Source of the DNA: Fibrobacterota bacterium
GTDB taxonomy: Bacteria; Fibrobacterota; Chitinivibrionia; Chitinivibrionales; Chitinivibrionaceae
Assembly (NCBI GenBank): GCA_051745755.1
Contig: JBNJEI010000006.1
Location: 1 to 64,000, forward strand
Reading direction: 5' to 3'
DNA length: 64,000 nucleotides
The translations under genes and the position numbers were made by a program. Under the pieces are notes generated by a model. The model was given only the letters and a program-made list of their open reading frames with translations. It made no database searches and was not told the DNA's origin. The stretch's first letter is position 1, and each line of letters begins with the position of its first letter. Positions 1 to 9,605 of the stretch are shown here, one piece after another.

Positions 1-647
1 CGTTTTCCAAATAATTCCACTTCCGTTGAATATTCTGTTTCCTCGTCAAAAACCGTAAAGAGGAGCTCCTTTCTTCTGAGAGCGGCGTACATATCCAAAG
101 CGCCGGCGGTCTCTTTTTTTCCCAGTTCAATAAAATTTATTCGGGAAAAATCTGCGCTTTTTTCCATTTCCTGGGCATATGAGCGAATTTTACGGGACAG
201 ATCGGGGGTGGTAAATTTGAGAACAACATTTGTGGTATAGCCCATTTTTGCCAGAGTGGGGGTGGCAAATTCCACACCGCCGAAATGCGGGGTTGCCATG
301 AGTATGCCCGTATCTTCCGTGCAGCTTTGGAGTGTCTTCAGTGCATCAGAATAATCGATATTATCATCAATAAAGCGGGAAAACGTAGAGGGCGCGCAGG
401 AGAGGGCCATAATTTTTTCTGCATAATGAATAAGGATTCCTTCCCTGACTGCTTCCACAAGATCGGTGTCCGGTTTTTTTCCCAGGGCAGAGAGATTTCC
501 GATAATAAGATCTTCTTCTTCGGGATGGTTTTGATACCAGTGCCGGCCTTTTTCAAGGATAATGCTTTTTATGGTATGAAAATCCTTATTTTGTATTTCC
601 TCCAGAACAGATGGGGATTGCAGAAATTTACTTAAACTCATGGCCAT
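1..647 (-). CDS. LpxL/HtrB-family lipid A (Kdo2-lipid IVA) acyltransferase, N-terminal ~215 aa. The gene runs off the window start.
   Basis: The reverse-strand reading frame from ATG 647-645 has no stop down to position 1. A hand translation gives MAMSLSKFLQSPSV...ILMATPHFGGVEFATPTL..., with an HxGxxE-like motif (HFGGVEF) resembling the HxGNWE motif of lauroyl/myristoyl acyltransferases. It is absent from the ORF track only because it lacks an in-window stop. Confidence 0.45.
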   Translation of the reverse strand, partial: MAMSLSKFLQSPSVLEEIQNKDFHTIKSIILEKGRHWYQNHPEEEDLIIGNLSALGKKPDTDLVEAVREGILIHYAEKIMALSCAPSTFSRFIDDNIDYSDALKTLQSCTEDTGILMATPHFGGVEFATPTLAKMGYTTNVVLKFTTPDLSRKIRSYAQEMEKSADFSRINFIELGKKETAGALDMYAALRRKELLFTVFDEETEYSTEVELFGK

Positions 648-763
648 ACCCTCTTTTAAATGACGAAAATAAATATAAATCTCAAACAGATTTAATGCGG
701 CGGTTTGTGTGGATAATATATGTTTTAGAGGTATGCGTTACAGATTTTTTTCGTGAGGTTTTT

Positions 764-1279
764 ATGAATACGCCGATAATAACAACAGGTCGGACCTGGC
801 TGACTGAAGTTGAACACACGGATGTTGAAACGTTCCTGCCCCTTTTTTCAGATCCTGCGGCAATGAAATATTTTCCGGAGGTAATGGATACGCAGAAGGT
901 TGCTGAATGGATTGATATGGTTCGGGGGTTCTATGCAGATCAGGGATATTGTTTTTACAAGATGATCAGAAAAAGTGATGACGCAGTACTGGGATATTGC
1001 GGGCCCATTCTTCAAAAAGACGTGGACGGTTTTGATGAGATAGAGATCGGTTATGCCCTTATTCCTGCATACTGGAAACAGGGGTATGCTGCGGAAGCTG
1101 CTCGGGCCAGTATAAACTATGCCTTTGATGTGCTTAAAGCTCCACGCATTATTTCCCTTATTCGTCCCGAAAATACACCATCCGTCCGTGTTGCAGAAAA
1201 CTGCGGTCTTCGTTTTGAGAAAAATGTAGACCGCTGGGGGCATACCCATGCCGTATATGTGCGGGACAGTAAGATTTAA
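764..1279 (+). CDS. GNAT-family N-acetyltransferase (RimJ/RimL-like)
   Basis: 172 aa starting MNTPIITTGRTWLTEVEHTDVETF. The fold is typical of Acetyltransf_3/RimL-like proteins. It is transcribed divergently from the LpxL-like gene. The track ORF starting at 611 is an upstream extension. Confidence 0.55.
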   Translation: MNTPIITTGRTWLTEVEHTDVETFLPLFSDPAAMKYFPEVMDTQKVAEWIDMVRGFYADQGYCFYKMIRKSDDAVLGYCGPILQKDVDGFDEIEIGYALIPAYWKQGYAAEAARASINYAFDVLKAPRIISLIRPENTPSVRVAENCGLRFEKNVDRWGHTHAVYVRDSKI

Positions 1280-1404
1280 GGCTGTTTTTTTTCGGATTTA
1301 TGATAAAATAAACCGGAATGAAAAAAAGAGCTTTATATAATCGGTGCTGATAAGATATTTTTCGCGGGATCCCCTGTCAGGATCCTGCTCACGAGGAGGT
1401 GTGC

Positions 1405-2784
1405 ATGTCTGAGACGGCATATAAAAACAGCATTGAGGAATTGTTTGAGAACCATCAGTATTCTCAGATAAACGAATACTGCCGCGGAAAGCATCCGGCG
1501 GAGATTGCCGATATGCTTGCCTCTCTTGAACCGCGTAAAATCTGGGAAATACTTCTTTTGATTAAGTCCGATCTGCGCGTTGAGATCTTTGGGTATTTCC
1601 CCCTGGATACCCAAATCGAAATTACTGAATCCCTGAACAGGAAAGCTCTGTCACAGATTTTTACAGATTTGCCCGCCGATGACCGCGCCGATCTTTTTAA
1701 AGAGCTTTCGGAAGAAACTCAGAATCTTCTTTTGCCGGCCCTGGCCCAGGCCGAACGTGACGATGTGATTCGACTTTCCTCCTATGATGAGGGAACAGCA
1801 GGGTCGGTGATGACCTCAGAATATGTTGCCCTTTTAGCTCATGACACGGTGGATCAGGCCTTGGGTAAACTCCGGCTTCAGGCTCCCAATAAGGAAACCA
1901 TCTATTATGCCTATATACTGGATACACACCGGCGGCTTATGGGTTTTGTCTCTCTCAAGGATATTATTCTCGCTGCTCCCCGGGCGCGGGTTAAGGATAT
2001 TATGTCCCATGATCTTGTCTATTGCCATGTCATGGATGATCAGGAAAAAGTGGCCCGAAAAATTCAGAAATACGATCTGCTGGCTCTTCCCGTGGTAGAC
2101 GACAAGGACTGTCTGTTGGGGATTATTACCCACGATGACGCCCTGGATATTATCACCCAGGAACAGACCGAGGATATTGAAAAGCTTATGGCTATATCCG
2201 GCCAGCACGAAGCGCGTGCCTATTTGAAAAAATCAATCTGGACCCATTTTACCGATCGGATCGGATGGCTTGTGGGGCTTGCGGTTTTGAGCCTTGCCTC
2301 AGGGGTCATTATTCATCATTTTGAAGCAACCCTGGATCAGCTTATGATATTGGCCCTGTATATGCCCATGATGGCCGATACCGGGGGGAATACGGGGAGC
2401 CAGTCCGCCACCATTATAATTCGGGCCCTTGCCCTGAATGAAGTGCGTACACGTGATTTTATGCGGGTGGTATTCAAGGAATTGAGGATATCTCTTCTTC
2501 TTGCCACAGTGCTTGGGGTTCTTACGTGGGGCCGGGTACATTTTCTGTCTCATAATGTTGCCATACCGGAAAGCTTTTCCCTGCATATTATCGGCTTTGC
2601 CATAGCCCTCGGTCTTGCGATTCAGGTCATCAGTTCCACCGTTATCGGAGCCCTCCTGCCCCTAACAGCATCAAAACTGAAACTTGACCCTGCTGTTGTG
2701 GCAAGTCCTGCCCTTACCACCACCGTTGATATAACGGGGCTGCTTATATATTTTACAACTGCAAAGGCCGTTTTAGGAATTTAG
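1405..2784 (+). CDS. mgtE: Magnesium transporter MgtE (MgtE-N domain, CBS pair, TM domain)
   Basis: The RBS GAGGAGG sits at 1394-1400, 5 nt before ATG 1405. The protein has the MgtE N-domain, tandem CBS domains (...LLALPVVDDKDCLLGIITHDDALD...) and a C-terminal 5-TM domain ending ...PALTTTVDITGLLIYF. Confidence 0.85.
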   Translation: MSETAYKNSIEELFENHQYSQINEYCRGKHPAEIADMLASLEPRKIWEILLLIKSDLRVEIFGYFPLDTQIEITESLNRKALSQIFTDLPADDRADLFKELSEETQNLLLPALAQAERDDVIRLSSYDEGTAGSVMTSEYVALLAHDTVDQALGKLRLQAPNKETIYYAYILDTHRRLMGFVSLKDIILAAPRARVKDIMSHDLVYCHVMDDQEKVARKIQKYDLLALPVVDDKDCLLGIITHDDALDIITQEQTEDIEKLMAISGQHEARAYLKKSIWTHFTDRIGWLVGLAVLSLASGVIIHHFEATLDQLMILALYMPMMADTGGNTGSQSATIIIRALALNEVRTRDFMRVVFKELRISLLLATVLGVLTWGRVHFLSHNVAIPESFSLHIIGFAIALGLAIQVISSTVIGALLPLTASKLKLDPAVVASPALTTTVDITGLLIYFTTAKAVLGI

Positions 2785-2868
2785 ATCAAAGGATGTGTGA
2801 GTCCTCTCTTTGGTGCTTTATCGATGTATATTAGAGGTGTTGTGTACCGGGGCCGCAAGGGATTATAA

Positions 2869-5448
2869 ATGATTTTTTATCGCTATTTTCTGAAAACATT
2901 TCTCCGCCCCTTCCTCTATTCCTTTCTTGTGATAACCACCTTGTTTTTTATGCAGCTTGCTGCATCGATTCTTCCCCAGGTTATGTACCGCGGCGTGGCT
3001 CCTTTGGTTATTTGTGAGCTTATGCTTGTGCGCATGGCCGCGATTATTGTTCTGTCCATGCCTATGGCGTTTCTCGTCGCTATTCTTACTGTTTTTGGTC
3101 AGTTTTCGGCGCGCAATGAAATTGTAGCCCTGAAGGCTTCGGGAAAAAGTATTCTTGATTTTCTGCCGCCCTTTCTTTCCTTTGGGGCTTTAGTGGGGGT
3201 TCTGCTCTTTTTCTTTACGGACCAGATACTTCCCGAAGCAAATCATCATGCGGCAACTCTTTTCCGTGATATTATTCGCAAACGACCTGCGGCAATGATT
3301 GAAGAAGGGGTCCTTTTGGAAGATTTTCCCGGCTATGCGCTGCTGGTTGATTCTGTGGATCATTCCTCAGGTAAAATTAATGATATACGTATATTTGAAC
3401 GTGAGCAGGGGCAGATTAATTCATTGACCGTGGCCGACAGCGGAACAATTTTTCTGACGGAGGATGAGAAGTTTGTGGAACTGTCTCTTTTTTCCGGAAG
3501 TGTCTTCAGTAAGGGCCCTGACGGTAATTTTTATAATATGCGTTTTACCCGCCACCAGGTGTACATAGAGAACATCGAGAGTAATTTCAGCAGGTCCGCC
3601 GGTGGAAGCCGCGGGGGGCGGGAGAAAAGCACTGCTCAGCTTGTGGAGGGTGCCCGTGAAATGGAAGCGGATATCAGGGAATATACCGCAAGCCACAAAG
3701 AGGAGATTGACGGATATATTGAGTTTATTCAGTCGTATTATGATACTGCCCGCGCGTCTGATGACGCTGCATTTTCGTCTCTTCGGGGTTTTATCGACTC
3801 GTTGAAAAGCAGTGACAACCGTATTTATCCGCATCGTTCTCTGACTATGGAGCGAAGTGTTTCTGCTATGCGTGCAGGACGAATAGAGCGGCGGCAACGC
3901 GATAGTGACAGTTATATGGTGGAGTATCACAAAAAGTTTGCTCTCGGCGCAGCGGTGCTTGTTTTTGCTCTTTTAGGCCCTCCTCTGGGAATAATTACCA
4001 AAAGCGGGTCGGCTGTTATCGGCGCAGTTTACAGTTTTATTTTCTTCGTAATCTACTATGCGCTGCTTATTGCGGGAGAGTATTTCGGTGATGAAGGGAT
4101 CGTTTCTCCTGCGGTGGCGATGTGGTCCGGGAATATACTTATCACCTGTTTTTCTCTGTATCTGATCACTATACTCCTGCGGGGAAAAACTCTGTTTCTT
4201 CGGGGAATACTTCAAAACAAAATCCTTGTACCTCTCAGAAGAATCGCACAATTCCTTCTACGGGGAGAGCAACGGTTTGCTAAAAAGATAACTGAAAATA
4301 TACTGTATGCAGCAGGGTATTTATTCGCTTTTCCTTCCTGGGTTTTCAAGAAAATATTTAAAATTATTCCCGCCTATATTCTCGTTTTATTTATTACCAT
4401 GTTTGCCGTGATATTTTTGGGGCTGACGGGGCTTACTGTGGTTATTGACTATATTACGGATATGAATCGTCTGGAAGGGGCTTTATCTGGCGAGCTTGTA
4501 GAGTATTATCTTAACTTTCTTGCGGGATTTGTGGCCATACTATTTCCCATTACGGGACTTCTTGCCGCCATGATTACCATGGGGAGCCTTCAGGGGACAC
4601 GTGAGATTGATGCCATTCGTGCGGCGGGCAGGAGTATGGTCTCGGTGACCTTTCCCCTGGTGCTGTGTGGTGTGTTTTTGTCCCTCCTGTCATTTTTTAT
4701 TACGGATTTCGCCTTCCCCGAAAGGGACGCGGAGACCTCCCGGCTGCTCAGTGTATTCTCTGCCCGAAGACGAGGGGAGGAACTGCCTTCTCAGACACGG
4801 AAATACAACCATGATTTCTTCTTCTTCGACAGCCGTAACACCATGTATCATTTTCGCCATCTTCAGACGGTTCCGCCACGAGGGGATGATGTGACAATTT
4901 TTAATTTTTCCTCCGGCACGGCCCCTCAAAAAATTTCCTTTGTGGAAAAGGTTGAATATCTCACTGAAGAGTGGATGGCGTATAATGCCGATATATGGCA
5001 TATCAATCCCCAGGGGCATCTTGCGTATGAACAGAAGGATACGTCCACCCTGCGTCCTTTGGAAGAGGGACCGAAAAAAATGATTGAGACTGTGCATGGA
5101 AGCAGTAATGCCAGTATTGCTGAATTACAACGTGTTATAGAACAGTACGAGCAGCAGGGCAAAGATCCGGCAAAATATGAAGCCCGGCTTTACTTTCGTT
5201 TTTTTCTCCCCTGGATGAACCTTGTGGTTATATTTTTAGGTATTGCCGTTTCGGTAAAAACCGGCGGGGGAAACCGGGCGGTACATTTTGGAAAAGGGGT
5301 TGCTCTTACTCTTTTGTACTGGGTTTTGGTCCAGGTGCTGTTGATGATGGGAGAGAACGGTGTTATCCATCCCCTCATTGCAGCAGGCGGAGGTAATCTG
5401 TTTTTTCTGTTTCTCGGATTTTATATGTACTGGAGTGTTTCAAAGTGA
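2869..5448 (+). CDS. Fused LptF-LptG LPS-export ABC permease: two YjgP/YjgQ-family domains in one 859-aa polypeptide
   Basis: The N-terminal half has the LptF/G topology (TM1-3, a jellyroll region, then EYHKKFALGAAVLVFALLGPPLG... for TM4-6). The second half repeats this architecture (IIPAYILVLFITMFAVIFLGLTGL... through YEARLYFRFFLPWMNLVVIFLGIAV). Between TM3 and TM4 of domain 1 lies a charged, coiled-coil-like insert. Confidence 0.7.
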   Translation: MIFYRYFLKTFLRPFLYSFLVITTLFFMQLAASILPQVMYRGVAPLVICELMLVRMAAIIVLSMPMAFLVAILTVFGQFSARNEIVALKASGKSILDFLPPFLSFGALVGVLLFFFTDQILPEANHHAATLFRDIIRKRPAAMIEEGVLLEDFPGYALLVDSVDHSSGKINDIRIFEREQGQINSLTVADSGTIFLTEDEKFVELSLFSGSVFSKGPDGNFYNMRFTRHQVYIENIESNFSRSAGGSRGGREKSTAQLVEGAREMEADIREYTASHKEEIDGYIEFIQSYYDTARASDDAAFSSLRGFIDSLKSSDNRIYPHRSLTMERSVSAMRAGRIERRQRDSDSYMVEYHKKFALGAAVLVFALLGPPLGIITKSGSAVIGAVYSFIFFVIYYALLIAGEYFGDEGIVSPAVAMWSGNILITCFSLYLITILLRGKTLFLRGILQNKILVPLRRIAQFLLRGEQRFAKKITENILYAAGYLFAFPSWVFKKIFKIIPAYILVLFITMFAVIFLGLTGLTVVIDYITDMNRLEGALSGELVEYYLNFLAGFVAILFPITGLLAAMITMGSLQGTREIDAIRAAGRSMVSVTFPLVLCGVFLSLLSFFITDFAFPERDAETSRLLSVFSARRRGEELPSQTRKYNHDFFFFDSRNTMYHFRHLQTVPPRGDDVTIFNFSSGTAPQKISFVEKVEYLTEEWMAYNADIWHINPQGHLAYEQKDTSTLRPLEEGPKKMIETVHGSSNASIAELQRVIEQYEQQGKDPAKYEARLYFRFFLPWMNLVVIFLGIAVSVKTGGGNRAVHFGKGVALTLLYWVLVQVLLMMGENGVIHPLIAAGGGNLFFLFLGFYMYWSVSK

Positions 5449-5822
5449 GTGATAAAAAAACGGTGTTGGTGATTGATGATGAACCGGATATTCTGGATTT
5501 ATTTGAAATTTTTCTCTACGGGGAATTTGATATTGTAACTGCATCAAATGGGTTTGATGCCCTGTCCTTATTAAAAAAAGAGCTTGTTGACTGCATTCTT
5601 GTGGATATAATGATGCCTGTGATGGACGGCATTCAGTTTTTTACCCGCTGCAGGAATATGCCAGATACCGCTCATATCCCCGTCATTGTGGTTACGTCAT
5701 TCAATTCTGCCACCATACAGGAGAAGAGCCTTCGGGACATCGGTTTTTACGATGTTCTTCTCAAGCCTCTTTCCCAGACTATACTACTTGATACCGTACG
5801 GGGAGCTGTCAATGGCAATTAA
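5445..5822 (+). CDS. Stand-alone response-regulator receiver (CheY-like REC) protein
   Basis: 125 aa. It carries VLVIDDEPDILDL, the phospho-acceptor region DIMMPVMDG, and the T and K positions (VVTS, LLKP). Its start ATGA overlaps the lptFG stop. Confidence 0.75.
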   Translation: MSDKKTVLVIDDEPDILDLFEIFLYGEFDIVTASNGFDALSLLKKELVDCILVDIMMPVMDGIQFFTRCRNMPDTAHIPVIVVTSFNSATIQEKSLRDIGFYDVLLKPLSQTILLDTVRGAVNGN

Positions 5823-7632
5823 TACTAAAATTCTGATCGGCGGTATCATCACTGCCCTGGGAGTTTATTTTATTACCCCCGTGTTTTCACTGGTTGTTTT
5901 GGTGGTTTTGCTGATTTACTGTGGCTTTATCAGTGTTGGACGGGATTTTCGCAGCGAATATTCCTCTCAACAGAATACAGAAGCCGGCCGCGACAGTATT
6001 TATGATAATGCCCAGCGGATTGCCTCGCGGGAGATTTCCCCCGCAGCTACGTCCCTGGGAGGAGCTCATCAGATGCGCGAATGGCAAAGCTTTGAAAAGG
6101 ACATTGAAGACTATATTTCAGATTTTCTGGTGCTTGTGGAAGAAAAGTTTCACCCCCATACGGCGGCGGTTTTTTTGCCCCGATCCGGTACAGCCTATGT
6201 ACTGCGGAGCTGTATCAGCAAGTCATCTTCACTTATCCCCCGTGCTGTTATTTCCGAGGGGGAGGGGCTTTTGGGCTCATATATCAACGGTGATGTATAT
6301 GACGTGTGCATTCCGGATATAAAAAAGAGTCAGCGTATAGACTATTATTCGGATTGCAAGAATGTCAAATCACTGATGATGGTACCGCTTAAGGCGGTGA
6401 AAAATTCGGGGGTTATCGTGGTTGACAGTACAGAAAAAGAAGCCTTTGATACAAATGATACCGAGTGGCTTTCCGCGGCGGGGAAACTGTTGGGCAGATC
6501 TCTGTACTATGCGTATCTGTACAAGATGCACAGCCTGGTTCATGAAGAGGTGGCTGTGGTGAATGAGTGGTCGCAAAAATGCATGGCTCGAAAAAATCTA
6601 TCAGATCTCTTTGCGGATTTGTCTCATATTCTGCACGAAACATTCGGGTATGACCGGTTGTCTATTTCTGTCAAAAATGCTGATTCCCAAACTGCGCAGG
6701 TTGTATTTGCCCAGGGGGAAGGAGCTCAGAATTTTGAAAATTTAAGCTTTTCCACAAAGGATTCATCCATCGTTTCACTCTTTTATCACTCGGAAGTGGA
6801 CGAGGGCAGAGATTTGGATGTTCTATGCCGGGATTTTTTGCAGGGATCATACGAGGTCCGCTATTCTTCCAGCGAAATAAAGGACAGTGGTTTCAGATCT
6901 TTTGTTGCATTCCCCCTGGGGCTGGGAAACAATACCGGGGTAATTCTCCTTGAATCCCGAGTGAAAGGTAAATACGGAGCCAAGGATATAACAAATATGA
7001 AGCAGTTGGTTTCATCTGCCAGTATAGCCATGGAAAAAATTCTGCTTTTGCGGCAGCAGGAGAATCTGGCTATTCGTGATGGATTGACCGGTCTCTACAA
7101 TCATCGGCATTTCGAACGGCTCCTTCATGAGGCCATCGTACGGTCCCATCGTCTTACCTCTCCTGCGGGAAAGAACGGCTCCACTGTTCAGAAGATCCCC
7201 GTAGCCCTGGTAATCTGCGATATCGATTTCTTTAAACTGGTAAACGATAATTACGGACATAAGTTTGGCGATGCTGTGCTGGCCAAAATCGGTGCGGTTC
7301 TGAGTGGAGGTATACGCGAGGGGGTTGATTTTGCAGCCCGTTACGGCGGTGAGGAATTTGCCCTTATTCTGTATGGCAGTATTCTTTCAGAGGCGTATGA
7401 AACCTCCGAGCGTATACGAAAAGACGTGGAATCCCTGGTGTTTAAAACCAGTACGGGGGAGACTGTTCATATTACCATGAGCTTTGGTGTTGCCCTGTAC
7501 GATCGGGATGCTCAGAAGCAGGAAGACCTGATAAAAAAGGCGGATAAAGCTCTCTACCGGGCAAAAGACGCGGGGAGAAACCGGGTTGAGCTCTATGGGC
7601 GTATTGAAGATGCCGGTGGAGCACCTGAGTGA
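5812..7632 (+). CDS. Membrane-anchored diguanylate cyclase (2 TM, GAF, GAF, GGDEF)
   Basis: The likely start is MAINTKILIGG at 5812, overlapping the RR stop by 11 nt. Two N-terminal TM helices precede GAF-like regions. The C-terminal GGDEF domain has an intact RYGGEEF active site and no RxxD I-site five residues upstream. Confidence 0.8.
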   Translation: MAINTKILIGGIITALGVYFITPVFSLVVLVVLLIYCGFISVGRDFRSEYSSQQNTEAGRDSIYDNAQRIASREISPAATSLGGAHQMREWQSFEKDIEDYISDFLVLVEEKFHPHTAAVFLPRSGTAYVLRSCISKSSSLIPRAVISEGEGLLGSYINGDVYDVCIPDIKKSQRIDYYSDCKNVKSLMMVPLKAVKNSGVIVVDSTEKEAFDTNDTEWLSAAGKLLGRSLYYAYLYKMHSLVHEEVAVVNEWSQKCMARKNLSDLFADLSHILHETFGYDRLSISVKNADSQTAQVVFAQGEGAQNFENLSFSTKDSSIVSLFYHSEVDEGRDLDVLCRDFLQGSYEVRYSSSEIKDSGFRSFVAFPLGLGNNTGVILLESRVKGKYGAKDITNMKQLVSSASIAMEKILLLRQQENLAIRDGLTGLYNHRHFERLLHEAIVRSHRLTSPAGKNGSTVQKIPVALVICDIDFFKLVNDNYGHKFGDAVLAKIGAVLSGGIREGVDFAARYGGEEFALILYGSILSEAYETSERIRKDVESLVFKTSTGETVHITMSFGVALYDRDAQKQEDLIKKADKALYRAKDAGRNRVELYGRIEDAGGAPE

Positions 7633-8234
7633 TTCCTGAGCATCAATGATATGCGGAAGGAAGATCCTTTTCAGTTCTGAAGCTGGTATCCCTGTCAGTA
7701 ACTATGAAGACGGAGGATGTCAGCATTTATGTTCAGGGCCATTATCTGCGTTTTTCCAAAGTAGGCAGGACATTTCCATACGGGCCAATGAAAACTCCCA
7801 GTGCCCCCGTATTAAAATCCGGTACTTTTGTGTGTATTCTGTATATTTCTTCAGCAGTAACGCCAGCCGGTATGAGCAGGTATAAAATGTTCCTCCCGGC
7901 AGGAATATAACCGGTGTTGGCAGTGAGGATTATCCTCAGTAATGCGTATACCTCTCACGTTTTGTGGGTGCGGAACACACGTGCATACCTGTATCCTAAA
8001 ACATATTTTCCGGGCTGCAGCAGTACCGCTGAGATGGTACCGGAACGGGGTGTGTTTTCCGGGAAATAGAATTTTCTGCTGGTATTCAGATGGGAAAAAG
8101 GTGTGATTTTAGAATATAGTCGTATTTGCAAATGGCAGGGTATCCTGGGATGGGGAAAAACACCCTATCCAGACCAGAGGTAAGTCAGGAGAGGAGAAAA
8201 CATGGTTTTTCTTCTCTCCTGTACAGCGATACGC

Positions 8235-8837
8235 TTATTTGATTACCAGGTGTTTTACTGAAAGGGTGCTTTCCCCGCCGACCTGGGGATCCAATTGGGG
8301 GGTCAGATACAGGGCATCACAATTTTCAAGCTTCAGAGGAATGTCACGTGATTCAGCAGGGGTCCATTCCGGTTGCTCAAAATCAGAAATATGTACGGTC
8401 TGCTTTGACCAGTCTTCTGTTGCAGGGAGAACATATTCATAATGCGCATAGGTCTCATTACCTTCATAGCCAAAGTCACTTTGAGACAATTTGAGAATAA
8501 GCGGAGTATCGCATGTGTAGGTTATGGTAATGGTTTCCGTATTCCTGAAATCGTCTTCCGTATCGCAGATAAGCTCCACATAGGGCCATTCTTCGGTTGT
8601 TTTTTGGGCAAGAGTAAAATGTACGGTGATAACAGAATCAATCTGCATGGCATCTCCGGTATCGATTAGAGAGCCTGTGGTATCCGCCGCGGGATGCCAA
8701 TCTGCCCCGCTATGAAGGAGGTTTGGACCATCTGCTTCTGCTGCGGGCGTGTGTGGTTCCGGCGCGTCAAATTCAGCATTGTCGTTTTGGCAGGAAAAGA
8801 ATGCAATGCAGAGAGAAAGGATAAGGATGGATTTCAT
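8235..8837 (-). CDS. Hypothetical lipoprotein
   Basis: It starts MKSILILSLCIAFFSC, a signal peptide with a lipobox Cys. It has no recognisable catalytic motifs and is acidic. Confidence 0.45.
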   Translation of the reverse strand: MKSILILSLCIAFFSCQNDNAEFDAPEPHTPAAEADGPNLLHSGADWHPAADTTGSLIDTGDAMQIDSVITVHFTLAQKTTEEWPYVELICDTEDDFRNTETITITYTCDTPLILKLSQSDFGYEGNETYAHYEYVLPATEDWSKQTVHISDFEQPEWTPAESRDIPLKLENCDALYLTPQLDPQVGGESTLSVKHLVIK

Positions 8838-8949
8838 AGGTACCTGTCCTGATAGGGTTAACAATTTACTGCACTCTGAAAAATAGTATTTAAAAAAAGA
8901 AAATGGCGGCAGTTTAAAGCAATTGTGAAAAAAAGTTTTATTTTATAAC

Positions 8950-8978
8950 TTGACACTGAATGTGTTATGATTATATAT
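8950..8978 (+). promoter_or_regulatory. Sigma-70-type promoter driving the tRNA-fMet gene
   Basis: TTGACA at 8950-8955, a 16-17 nt spacer, then TATATA(T) at 8972-8978. The tRNA 5' end lies 16 nt downstream. Confidence 0.4.
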
Positions 8979-8993
8979 TTGGGGCATCAATAT

Positions 8994-9070
<77 letters not shown>

Positions 9071-9151
9071 CAAACTTTCTTATTTTCAATAGTCCAAATC
9101 AGCCGTTTATTATTTTCTGTATACAGACATTGTTTCAGTTGTGTCATATTA

Positions 9152-9181
9152 CAAAAAAAAGAGCCGTCCACGGGACAGCTC
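9152..9181 (-). terminator. Rho-independent terminator of rpsT
   Basis: On the minus strand there is a hairpin GAGCTGTCC-CGTG-GACGGCTC (9161-9181) followed by a U8 tract (A8 on the plus strand at 9152-9159). It sits immediately after the rpsT stop. Confidence 0.6.
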
Positions 9182-9208
9182 CTAATGAGTTTTTACAGCG
9201 GGGAATTA

Positions 9209-9463
9209 TTATGCCAGTTTTGATACCGCCGCGGAAAGCTTTGATTTTTGGTTGTTCGCCTTGTTTTGATGAATAACCTTCTTTTTAACTGCCTTGTCAA
9301 GTACTGAAAAGGCTTTTACCAATGCAGTACGGGCATCTTCAGTGGATTCGGCACGTTTGACGTTTCTGATGGCAGTTTTAACTTCTGAGCGAACCGCTCT
9401 GTTGCGTACACGGGCCTTGGCACTTACACTCATTCTTTTTTTACATGATTTATGCTGAGGCAT
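9209..9463 (-). CDS. rpsT: 30S ribosomal protein S20
   Basis: 84 aa: MPQHKSCKKRMSVSAKARVRNRAVRSEVKTAIRNVKRAE..., basic, a typical S20. Confidence 0.9.
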   Translation of the reverse strand: MPQHKSCKKRMSVSAKARVRNRAVRSEVKTAIRNVKRAESTEDARTALVKAFSVLDKAVKKKVIHQNKANNQKSKLSAAVSKLA

Positions 9464-9605
9464 AATATCCTGTTCTCCTTATGTAGTATTATTTCGACAG
9501 AAAATAAACAATGCACGGTAAATATGTCAATATAAATAATATGTTTGATATTTATTTGTCTCAGAGGTATTTTTACTGAGGCTTTAGCGGATACCTGAAG
9601 GAATT

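Noticed and set aside
285-635. Track ORFs 285-635 (+) and 338-556 (-)
   Set aside because: They lie within, or antisense to, the longer reverse-strand LpxL-like frame (1-647), which has a recognisable acyltransferase motif. They have no RBS or domain signal.
1280-1404. Possible Mg2+ M-box riboswitch upstream of mgtE
   Set aside because: The leader is only about 125 nt, AT-rich and lacks M-box conserved segments. Only a GGATCC-centred hairpin is present.
5686-5811. Upstream extension of the GGDEF ORF, track start 5686
   Set aside because: The extension overlaps the receiver gene in another frame. The TM-GAF-GGDEF protein plausibly starts at ATG 5812 (MAINTKIL...).
7655-7672. GGAAGGAAG motif resembling SRP-RNA domain IV, and a 5-bp hairpin AAGGA-aga-TCCTT
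   Set aside because: The flanking SRP consensus (CAGGUC...AGCAGCC) is absent. The hairpin is too short and weak to call a terminator.
7646-7910. ORFs 7646-7885 and 7704-7910 (+) in the gene-free region
   Set aside because: They have no RBS, odd composition and no recognisable motifs. They are more likely chance ORFs in a non-coding stretch.
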